From a virus (Duplodnaviria > Caudoviricetes), in IMG/VR virus record IMGVR_UViG_3300029825_000006, positions 2,646-66,645 of that record: 64,000 nucleotides of DNA; one strand, written 5' to 3'. The stretch's first letter is position 1, and every line of letters starts with the position of its first letter. A program made the position numbers and the translations under genes. Shown here piece by piece: positions 27,278-35,177 of this stretch. A model generated the notes under the pieces. It saw only the letters and a list, made by a program, of their open reading frames with translations. It did not search any database and had not been told where the DNA came from.

Positions 27278-27985
27278 CTAATCTTTCAAAATTTCCAATA
27301 ATTCTTTAATTGTCAATGACTCTAAATACTCAACTTCTTCTTTTGATAATTCTACTTCGTCAGATAATTGATTTATAATATCTTCTTTCTTTGTTGAATT
27401 CGTTGTCTTAGTTCCTTTGTTGTTTAACATTGATTTTGTCGAAATCATCTGTTTAATCGTTGCAACACTTAATTGCTCTAATTCCTCTTCGATAACTTCA
27501 ACTGTTATATTTTCAGGTTTTTCAATAAATTCTTTAGATAATTTATGCCATTCCATTAGCATTTTTATTACAGTTAGTTTTTCATTATTTTTCAAACGTT
27601 CTGCTTCTGGAACTTCTGTTCCAACCAACCATCCTGTCAAGTATGCACCAATATCTTCAAATTTCATAATATTACTTGCAACTTGACGATGATATAACGC
27701 AGTACTAATTCTACGAATTTCTTGTTGAGTCGAATACATCGTAAAATATTCTTTTACTTCAGAAAATTCTAAGTCCATCAATTCTGTAACAATTGCTAGA
27801 TTTCGATATTCAACATATAATGATATAAATTTCTTTTGCTTATCGCTCATCCCATAAAAATTATCAGGGTCAACTTCTATTCGATATTGATTATCTTCGT
27901 CTAATGATTTTAAATATGTACTTCCTAATTCTTTATTTTCAAGTAACGCTGCTGTATTTTTTTTCTGAATTCCTCTTCTACCCAT
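27278..27985 (-). CDS. Putative terminase small subunit
   Basis: Basic N-terminus MGRRG; MSDKQKKFISLYVE HTH-like segment typical of TerS; helical C-terminus. Confidence 0.5.
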   Translation of the reverse strand: MGRRGIQKKNTAALLENKELGSTYLKSLDEDNQYRIEVDPDNFYGMSDKQKKFISLYVEYRNLAIVTELMDLEFSEVKEYFTMYSTQQEIRRISTALYHRQVASNIMKFEDIGAYLTGWLVGTEVPEAERLKNNEKLTVIKMLMEWHKLSKEFIEKPENITVEVIEEELEQLSVATIKQMISTKSMLNNKGTKTTNSTKKEDIINQLSDEVELSKEEVEYLESLTIKELLEILKD

Positions 27986-27995
27986 ATTTTATCAC

Positions 27996-29717
27996 CTACT
28001 TATATGTTATCGGCAACAATTTATCACCATTTAATGTGCATTCAAGATAAGATTGATTATTGTAAAATGATTTAAATTCTTTAATATTAAATATCTTTTT
28101 TATTTCTTGTGTGAATGAAATTGACGTTTGTAAATTGCCTAGTATTTTTTTCAAGATTGGTATATTTATAAATATATTATTTTCTTCAACAACTTCAATA
28201 AAATTTTCTTTTGTTAAATTTTCAAGCATTTTCTTATATGTCGTATCTTCATAAATTTTATAATATTGCGTTGAACGATATAATCTTTGTCCATCTTCAG
28301 AATATATTAATGGTTTGCATTCGTTTGTATTTTCTTTATTTCGATTTGCGTATGACGCAATATCAGTTAAAGTGACTGCGCTTATTTGTGATTTTAATTC
28401 ATGATTAATATCTGCAAAATTTTGTTTCCATTCGTTATAACTAAATGCAAAATCTGATTCAAAATTATTCGTTGCTTTTAATAAGCCATACATTCCAAAA
28501 TATACAAATATAATAGTGTTAGATATATCCCTTTTAAATTCACGTAAATCACTTGAAAAGTCAACTTCATAATAATTTCCTTTTTTTAGATATTCACCAT
28601 CTCTATCCCATCGATACCATACTTCAAATACATTTATACGTCTTCGAAAACCTACTGTCGTATCAGAAAATTTAATTTTATCTTGGTCATTTCCTGCAAA
28701 AATATATTTACAGTTTAACATTGACGTGTATTTATTTTCACCTTTTGACTCAATTGTTTGATACATTGAACCAGTTAATGCTTTCAACATTGTTGATTGT
28801 GTATATGTTTTTGCGTCAGTTTCTAGAAATATATTATGGTATCTATTTTCTAATGCTCCAGTTATAAATCTATCATTTTCTAAAGCATCTAAACTATTTG
28901 CTGCACTCTTTGGAACTAAAAATGGAGTTAAACAGCCATCAAATAAAGAGTTTTTACCATTTTGTCCATTTCCCATTAATAACACAAAGTTTTGCGTAAA
29001 TTGTTGTAATATTGAATATCCTAATATTTCACATAAATGACTAAATCGATTAAATGAAAAATTATTTGCAGTGTCAAAACTCATATTATACATTAATTCA
29101 AATGCATAGTTTCTTGTATTTTTATCATCTGTAATAATTTTCATTATATCCACAAAGTCTTCAAGAGGAACTTCAGAGATATTAATATCAAACGGGACGA
29201 AATCAATATCAATATACCACATAATAACATAACTACTATCATAAGTATAAATAATATTTGTATTATCTTTCATAATAATTTCTTCATATCGAAATAACCA
29301 ATCATTTTTTAGAAAATCGAAAACACCATTTCTAAACGCAATACATGAGTTTGGTATTAATTTAATTTGATGCAATAATTTGTTTGCCTCCCATGTAAAA
29401 GATGCTCTTAACAATGATGTTTTAAGATTTGCAGTAAATGAACTAACAATTTCTGATATACGTTTATCCGTTTCATCAGAATGTGCAGTAAAATATTTAA
29501 ATCTTAATAATGCATATAAATTATCAACTAAAATTTCTTTTGCTACATCTTTACCATGAAATGCATATTGTATATGGTCAAATCTTTTAGCAATATACGT
29601 TTCGTTATAAACATAGACTCCGCACTCTCTTGCTAAAATTTTTCTCCATTCACTTAATGAAGTATCAGTATGGAGAGAAGTTGATACTTTATTTTTTAAA
29701 TTTTCTATAGCACTCAT
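27996..29717 (-). CDS. D5-like SF3 helicase (P4/NrS-1 type, primase domain absent)
   Basis: IAFRNGVFD, GNGQNGKNS Walker A, FLETD, LKALTG, IFAGN, GFRRRI. Confidence 0.88.
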   Translation of the reverse strand: MSAIENLKNKVSTSLHTDTSLSEWRKILARECGVYVYNETYIAKRFDHIQYAFHGKDVAKEILVDNLYALLRFKYFTAHSDETDKRISEIVSSFTANLKTSLLRASFTWEANKLLHQIKLIPNSCIAFRNGVFDFLKNDWLFRYEEIIMKDNTNIIYTYDSSYVIMWYIDIDFVPFDINISEVPLEDFVDIMKIITDDKNTRNYAFELMYNMSFDTANNFSFNRFSHLCEILGYSILQQFTQNFVLLMGNGQNGKNSLFDGCLTPFLVPKSAANSLDALENDRFITGALENRYHNIFLETDAKTYTQSTMLKALTGSMYQTIESKGENKYTSMLNCKYIFAGNDQDKIKFSDTTVGFRRRINVFEVWYRWDRDGEYLKKGNYYEVDFSSDLREFKRDISNTIIFVYFGMYGLLKATNNFESDFAFSYNEWKQNFADINHELKSQISAVTLTDIASYANRNKENTNECKPLIYSEDGQRLYRSTQYYKIYEDTTYKKMLENLTKENFIEVVEENNIFINIPILKKILGNLQTSISFTQEIKKIFNIKEFKSFYNNQSYLECTLNGDKLLPITYK

Positions 29718-30139
29718 TCTATCTTCCCTTCATATAAACCTTCCTGCTTTAAAAGTCGTAATGTATTTAATTGTTTTACATTTGCTTTTCCAATATAACT
29801 ATACGTCCAAACAGAAATACAGTTTGTATTTTCATATAACCAATCTGGATACTTTCCAATAGTCAAGTTATAAATATCATTTCTAGATAGCCCTAACTTT
29901 TTCATTGCGTATTGAATTAAAAACTCATTATGAGAAGGAACAGCATAATGAACTGTTCCTTTATTATCAATAACAACTTCTAAATAATTAATAAAAGTTT
30001 TCTTATGCGTTTCAATATCAAAAGGACTATGCAATATTAATTGTTTATTCATTATCTTTATGCTCTTTAATATCATCTTCAGAAAGTTCATCGACATTAG
30101 ATATTTCATATTTAAAATTTTGAAAATCTGAACTATCAT
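29714..30139 (-). CDS. Hypothetical protein (likely start at 30052)
   Basis: FDIETHKKTFINYLEV...YAVPSH pattern. Confidence 0.6.
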   Translation of the reverse strand: MIVQIFKILNMKYLMSMNFLKMILKSIKIMNKQLILHSPFDIETHKKTFINYLEVVIDNKGTVHYAVPSHNEFLIQYAMKKLGLSRNDIYNLTIGKYPDWLYENTNCISVWTYSYIGKANVKQLNTLRLLKQEGLYEGKIE

Positions 30140-30383
30140 ATTCTATACCAATAGCATTATTTAGTGCTTCACCTTCTGTTTCAGCAATAATGTCAACATA
30201 ATATTCACATGTTATTTTTACATTATATAATTTTTTCTTATTCATATAATTTTCTCCTTTATATTTTATATTTATCTTATCAACGTTTGTCGTTGTACTT
30301 GAAGCAGTATCATGACAATAACAACATAGTTCTGGTATGAATGAACTTATAAACTTTCCGCACTTATAACAAACATTGTTCAT
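30045..30383 (-). CDS. Hypothetical protein
   Basis: 112 aa; CxxC...CxxC N-terminus; possible internal start after GGAG at about 30245. Confidence 0.55.
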   Translation of the reverse strand: MNNVCYKCGKFISSFIPELCCYCHDTASSTTTNVDKINIKYKGENYMNKKKLYNVKITCEYYVDIIAETEGEALNNAIGIEYDSSDFQNFKYEISNVDELSEDDIKEHKDNE

Positions 30384-30549
30384 TTTCTTTTACCTCTTCT
30401 ATTTCGCCGTACATACATATTTCACACATGTGTTTACATTTAGAACAATACTTATCGAAATACTTCTCGAAAGACTTTCTATTAATAACCTTTGTCTCAA
30501 ATTTAAGTCCGCAGCGTTTAGATTTATCTTTTAGTTTTTTATTTCTCAC
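30364..30549 (-). CDS. Small Cys-rich protein
   Basis: CSKC...CEIC. Confidence 0.55.
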   Translation of the reverse strand: MRNKKLKDKSKRCGLKFETKVINRKSFEKYFDKYCSKCKHMCEICMYGEIEEVKENEQCLL

Positions 30550-30826
30550 TATTTATCACCATGTCTTCGTAAATTTTTAATTTTATGACCGCAATATTTA
30601 CAACTGTTCCGTTTTTGTCAGTGTATGTTCTAACTTCTTCTTCCATTTTCTTATCTTTGGAATTGTTTACTTTCTTCCACTCTTGAAAAGCGTTCCAACC
30701 TTCTTCACTGTAAATAACATTATCTAACAATAACTCCTTATGCTCTTTTAAATAGTCTTCTATCAAAGCCCATTCTTTTTCGCCTAGTTCCTTTTTAATA
30801 ATTTCAAAATCTTGTAATATACTCAT
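30539..30826 (-). CDS. Hypothetical protein
   Basis: 95 aa, AAGGA SD. Confidence 0.6.
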   Translation of the reverse strand: MSILQDFEIIKKELGEKEWALIEDYLKEHKELLLDNVIYSEEGWNAFQEWKKVNNSKDKKMEEEVRTYTDKNGTVVNIAVIKLKIYEDMVINSEK

Positions 30827-30841
30827 TTTATTTATTCATCC

Positions 30842-31177
30842 TTATAAAAATTTATATGGTACTGCTTTTACTGAATTCACTATACCATAAATATCGTTCC
30901 ACGTTATTTTTCTAGTGTTCTTTTTTACATAAAAGTCTACTCTCCATTGTTTATTGGCTATTATTGTATATGTAGTTTTATCTGCTAATTCAACATATTC
31001 GCCACCATTACTAACAATTTCTTCCCATATTAATTCATACGGTGTTCCAACTCTAACTTCTAACCCCTCTATGTTTAATTTTTTCTTTAAAAGTATTGTT
31101 CTTTCTTCTAACAATTCTTTAACATTATTATCAAATCTATCGTCAGTTATTTGTTCAAAATATAAAGTTCTTGCCAT
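30842..31177 (-). CDS. Hypothetical early protein
   Basis: 111 aa, AGGAGG SD after a promoter. Confidence 0.65.
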   Translation of the reverse strand: MARTLYFEQITDDRFDNNVKELLEERTILLKKKLNIEGLEVRVGTPYELIWEEIVSNGGEYVELADKTTYTIIANKQWRVDFYVKKNTRKITWNDIYGIVNSVKAVPYKFL

Positions 31178-31211
31178 TTTATTTCTTTCCTCCTATTTAT
31201 TTTATACTTAT

Positions 31212-31290
31212 ATTATACACCTTTAAAACAAAAATACAAGTAAATGAAAACACTTTCATTTTATTTTAATGTGTATCATTTACTTGTATT
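31212..31290 (-). promoter_or_regulatory. Promoter plus cre-like palindrome inside an inverted repeat
   Basis: TTGTAT-16-TATAAT; TGAAAACACTTTCA at 31245..31258; 15-bp arms 31233..31247 / 31276..31290. Confidence 0.7.
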
Positions 31291-31301
31291 TACTAGTTGC
31301 T

Positions 31302-31583
31302 TTAACAATTTAACATATCTTCTAAATCAACATATGTCACATATGTTTCATAATCAATACTTGTATCGTAAATTCTAATGTCCCATATAAATAGTTTATT
31401 GTTTTTTCTACTTTGTGCAATAGTAAAAATTACATCTCCCCAAATAACATCAAACCAATCATCACTTTCATCCCATTCTAATCTATCTACTGAATTATTA
31501 CATTTCATTAAATCAAATGCTTGTTGCAATGATAAGTTCTCTATACTTTTTTCAATCTCAAATAATAAATTATAATCAACCAT
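31302..31583 (-). CDS. Hypothetical early protein
   Basis: 93 aa, GAGGG SD. Confidence 0.65.
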   Translation of the reverse strand: MVDYNLLFEIEKSIENLSLQQAFDLMKCNNSVDRLEWDESDDWFDVIWGDVIFTIAQSRKNNKLFIWDIRIYDTSIDYETYVTYVDLEDMLNC

Positions 31584-31604
31584 TGTATTCCCTCTTTCTT
31601 TTTT

Positions 31605-32045
31605 TTATTTCTTAACTCTTAAGAGTTCATTCTCAAACACTTCTACAAACTCATCGTAAAATCTTTCGATTGCTCCACCACTAATAATACTTTCAAATAA
31701 TAATACCATTTCAATAATTACTTCTTCTTTGTCTTGTTCTTTGATTGATTCAGTATCATAACCATAAAACCCAATATTAAACACTTTCACAAGTTTTTCA
31801 AAGTTCTTTTCCACAAATTTATAAATGTCTAATGTGATAGGAAATGAAGCGTTAAAATCTACGTTTTCAACTCTAACATTCTTTGCAATTATTTCTAGTG
31901 TTTTATCATAGGTATCTACTTCTTCAGTATCTCCAATATCATAACAAAAACATACTCCCATATCTACTGTATTATCGCATATATCAGTGTCAATACTGCC
32001 TTTACAATAGTCTTTTATAAAACTGTATAAAGTCTTTTTAACCAT
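31605..32045 (-). CDS. Hypothetical acidic early protein
   Basis: 146 aa, AGGAGG SD. Confidence 0.7.
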   Translation of the reverse strand: MVKKTLYSFIKDYCKGSIDTDICDNTVDMGVCFCYDIGDTEEVDTYDKTLEIIAKNVRVENVDFNASFPITLDIYKFVEKNFEKLVKVFNIGFYGYDTESIKEQDKEEVIIEMVLLFESIISGGAIERFYDEFVEVFENELLRVKK

Positions 32046-32059
32046 ATTTTAATTTCCTC

Positions 32060-32368
32060 CTAAAAATATCTTTCTATTATTTCCTCTCTTGACAACTCCA
32101 CTAACTCCATAATATCATTACTAATCTTCTCAATGTTTAAATTTTGTTCTTCACAATTAAAATTTTCTACTATATCGCTAAATGTTTCTTTATCATTGTC
32201 TTCATTTATTAATAGTTCTATGCAATAGTCTACTTCGTTATCTACTCCATTTTCTTTCTCACACCATAATAAAAGATTGTCGTTTACTCTTAAGTCGCCA
32301 ATAGTTCCACACGGTGATTGCAACACACTTCTTAAAAATGTTTTAATATCTTCTTTATTCTCTATCAT
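32060..32368 (-). CDS. Hypothetical acidic early protein
   Basis: 102 aa, GGAGG SD. Confidence 0.7.
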   Translation of the reverse strand: MIENKEDIKTFLRSVLQSPCGTIGDLRVNDNLLLWCEKENGVDNEVDYCIELLINEDNDKETFSDIVENFNCEEQNLNIEKISNDIMELVELSREEIIERYF

Positions 32369-32407
32369 ATTTAATACCTCCTACAAATATGATTTACTTA
32401 CTCTTTA

Positions 32408-32490
32408 ATTATACCATTTTATACCATATAGTCAATAGTTTTTATTACAATGAAAACACTTTCATAATTTGTTTATAAAAACTATTGACT
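32408..32490 (-). promoter_or_regulatory. Promoter plus cre-like palindrome inside an inverted repeat
   Basis: TTGACT-16-TATAAT with TG; TGAAAACACTTTCA at 32451..32464; 15-bp arms 32430..32444 / 32476..32490. Confidence 0.75.
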
Positions 32491-32534
32491 TATGATATTT
32501 TTATTTGTTGTTATTTATTCTTAACTCTTAAGTG

Positions 32535-32837
32535 TTATGCTTCTAACATTTTAATTACATTACTTACTATTTTATTATTATCACAAAAATTATTAATTCC
32601 ACCCTTAAAGTCTTTTAAACTTTTCGCTTCTCTATATAGAATCGGTGGCAACCAAATCCCACAACAAATTTCAGTATTAATATAAACTATCTTGTTGTTT
32701 CTTCCGTTCTTAATAAAACCACTGCACCCTCTTTTACTACCATTAATATTAATATTCTTCAAATGATATTCTAGTGAGTTATCTTTGTCTACTTCTTTAA
32801 ACATATTTTTTAACTTTGTCATTAGTAATACACTCAT
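32535..32837 (-). CDS. Hypothetical early protein
   Basis: 100 aa, GGAGGG SD; LKNININGSKRGCSGFI motif. Confidence 0.65.
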   Translation of the reverse strand: MSVLLMTKLKNMFKEVDKDNSLEYHLKNININGSKRGCSGFIKNGRNNKIVYINTEICCGIWLPPILYREAKSLKDFKGGINNFCDNNKIVSNVIKMLEA

Positions 32838-32838
32838 T

Positions 32839-33261
32839 TTAATTCCCTCCTAATTTTTTATTCTTAACTCTTAAATGTTTATTAATTCTTTTCACTGCTT
32901 CTAACCCATCTTGTAAATTATCAACTTCAACATTAATAAATGTATAACCTTCTTTAATATCGTTATATGCGATATTTAATTCAAGTCTTGCATCCGTTTC
33001 TTTTTCATCTTCGATTAATAGTATTTTTTTACCTTTATTATCAAAATAACTCGCTTTATAATAATATTCAATTTCTCTTAACTCTACTTCTTCTGCTACG
33101 TCTTTATAATTAATTATCGTATGTTGTAAAGTGGAATAAATATATGGGTCTTCTTGTGGTGTTTGAATTACTAAATTATCTTTATCTAGTCTAATCACTG
33201 CAAGCCCATTATTTAAAATAATATTGTTATTATCTTTAATACTTAATAAATTTACGAACAT
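32839..33261 (-). CDS. Hypothetical early protein
   Basis: 140 aa, AGGAGG SD. Confidence 0.65.
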   Translation of the reverse strand: MFVNLLSIKDNNNIILNNGLAVIRLDKDNLVIQTPQEDPYIYSTLQHTIINYKDVAEEVELREIEYYYKASYFDNKGKKILLIEDEKETDARLELNIAYNDIKEGYTFINVEVDNLQDGLEAVKRINKHLRVKNKKLGGN

Positions 33262-33292
33262 ATTTTTTACCTCCTATATGTTTTATACTATT

Positions 33293-33378
33293 ATTATACC
33301 ATATATTACCAATAAAGCAAGCATAAACTAATGAATAATCAATGAAAACGGTTTCATATATTTTATAGCTTATGCTTG
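33293..33378 (-). promoter_or_regulatory. Promoter plus perfect cre-consensus palindrome inside an inverted repeat
   Basis: TTGCTT-16-TATAAT with TG; TGAAAACGGTTTCA at 33343..33356; arms CAAGCATAA/TTATGCTTG. Confidence 0.7.
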
Positions 33379-33395
33379 TTCTTAACTCTTAAGTG

Positions 33396-33791
33396 TTAAG
33401 AGTATATTTTCTCGCCTAACCATTTTAAATATCTTTCAACACTACTATTATTAAAGTCAATTTGTACTAAAGCGTTCTTAATAATTGCTTGTGTTCTTGT
33501 GTCTGTATTTTTCATAAACTCAACGATATTTATATATTGCACCATAGTTATTTTATTTTCACTTGTTATATTTATAAACGTATCTAAATCAGTCCCTTTT
33601 TCTTCTAGGAAAGTATCAAGCCATTTCGTAAAGGCGTTTTCTACTGCTTTATTTTCTCTTTCAAGCCATTTATTAATATCTTTAATATCTTCTTCAGTAA
33701 TATCAATTATACCATTGTCGTCTTCTCTAACAAAGATTGCATTGCCAACAAAAACTTCTCCATAAGTGTTATAATTTTTTTTGTAATTCAT
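33396..33791 (-). CDS. Hypothetical early protein
   Basis: 131 aa, AAGGAG SD. Confidence 0.65.
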   Translation of the reverse strand: MNYKKNYNTYGEVFVGNAIFVREDDNGIIDITEEDIKDINKWLERENKAVENAFTKWLDTFLEEKGTDLDTFINITSENKITMVQYINIVEFMKNTDTRTQAIIKNALVQIDFNNSSVERYLKWLGEKIYS

Positions 33792-33817
33792 AATAATATT
33801 CTCCTTTTTATTTATAT

Positions 33818-34099
33818 TTATTTATTTTTTAATTCATAAGCGATATCGATAATTTCACCATCTTCACTAATTAAACTATAACAAGTTGCATCTAAATTAG
33901 AAGTTTGATTAATTATCGATGTATGAATTTCACCCGCCCACTCATAAGTTTCACCTTTATAAGTTCCAAATACTTCTTTTGCGTCATTTAAATTGGTAAA
34001 TTCATGTGTTGTAACCATAGATGAAGTGGCTGAAATTCCTTTTGATATTGAATACGTAATCTCATGTTTTGTTATAATATATTTAATTCTTTCATTCAT
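33818..34099 (-). CDS. Hypothetical early protein
   Basis: 93 aa, AAGGAG SD after a family P promoter. Confidence 0.65.
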   Translation of the reverse strand: MNERIKYIITKHEITYSISKGISATSSMVTTHEFTNLNDAKEVFGTYKGETYEWAGEIHTSIINQTSNLDATCYSLISEDGEIIDIAYELKNK

Positions 34100-34139
34100 A
34101 AATAATATTCTCCTTTATATTTATTTATTTTATAATTCT

Positions 34140-34190
34140 ATTATACCACATAACTTATTAAATGTAAATAGTTTTTTTAAATTATTTTTA
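34140..34190 (-). promoter_or_regulatory. Family P promoter
   Basis: TTTACA-17-TATAAT with TG and UP element. Confidence 0.8.
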
Positions 34191-34191
34191 T

Positions 34192-34503
34192 TTATCTTGC
34201 AGTTCTTATTGAAAAGCATTTATTCAATCCATTAATTTGTTTATCGTTTTCAGTTTTATATGCAGTATATCCACCATTTACTCCAATAAATATTAACCAA
34301 GTGTTCCGAAACCATTTTGTATTATTTTCATCATTTAATTCTATTGATACAGAATATCGATTAGTTATATTATTTCGTATACATGTTTCTTCGTTTAATA
34401 ATGGTTCTACTTCAAATTTTACAACCAAGAGTCCTTTTTCTTGTGCTCTTAATTCAACTACGTTTCTTAATTTTTTAATTGATTTTATTTGTCTCTTATT
34501 CAT
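34192..34503 (-). CDS. Hypothetical early protein
   Basis: 103 aa, GGAGG SD, first gene of the leftward unit. Confidence 0.65.
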   Translation of the reverse strand: MNKRQIKSIKKLRNVVELRAQEKGLLVVKFEVEPLLNEETCIRNNITNRYSVSIELNDENNTKWFRNTWLIFIGVNGGYTAYKTENDKQINGLNKCFSIRTAR

Positions 34504-34543
34504 AAAATAATATCCTCCATTTATTTATTTATTTTATAATTAT

Positions 34544-34610
34544 ATTATACCACATAATTAATCAAATGTAAATAGTTTTTTTAAATTATTTTAATTATAT
34601 TTATATTATA
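34544..34610 (-). promoter_or_regulatory. Family P promoter
   Basis: TTTACA-17-TATAAT; the upstream tract matches 5375..5410. Confidence 0.8.
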
Positions 34611-35080
34611 TATAGTTTTATTAAATTATATACCAATTTAATAGTGGTAAGTTAATAAACTTTTTGTATTAAATTGTGTGTATTAAACTTTTTGAAATTA
34701 TTATTAAGAAAAAAACGTTAATAAAATTATTAAATTAAAGTATGACATCTTAATAGCGAATTTAATAAAATAATTTAATAAAATAAAAAGTCAAAAACTA
34801 CCCAAAAAGTATCAATAAAGCGTCATTTTAACGTCTTTTCCTTTCTTTTTTATTCTTTTATTAAATTATTAAAATAAATATATATATATATATAAAATAA
34901 TGAAAATAGTATGAAAATATGGTAAATATATAAATATATATATATATAGTAAAAAAGTTAATAATTTAATAAATTTTTTGCTTTTCTCGAATTTTTTCAA
35001 AATATTGTAAATCTATTAAACTGCAACTTAATAAGAAAATTTTGGGGTTTATTAAATTAACTTTAATAAATTTACACTTC
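34611..35080. other. Non-coding, extremely AT-rich divergent region; candidate replication origin or control region
   Basis: No ORF; (TA)n runs at about 34880 and 34935; many TTAATAAA/ATTAAA repeats; strand switch point. Confidence 0.45.
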
Positions 35081-35085
35081 TAACA

Positions 35086-35148
35086 TTGAAATGTTAATGA
35101 TAAAAGTTTATAATATTGTTTTACTTTTTGTGTGAAATATGTTATAAT
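35086..35148 (+). promoter_or_regulatory. Tandem sigma-A-type promoters for the portal operon
   Basis: TTGAAA-17-TATAAT (35086..35114) and TTTACT-17-TATAAT with TG (35120..35148). Confidence 0.7.
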
Positions 35149-35177
35149 ATAATTATAGGAAGGAGGTGTAAAAATGA

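Noticed and set aside
31212-34610. CRISPR array or anti-CRISPR locus
   Set aside because: The repeats are promoters and operators separated by whole genes, not regular spacers. There are no cas genes and no aca-like HTH gene, so small acidic ORFs alone do not support an Acr call.
34875-34950. (TA)n runs as phase-variation tracts
   Set aside because: They are not in a coding region or promoter spacer and are expected in such AT-rich DNA. They are kept only as part of the origin candidate.
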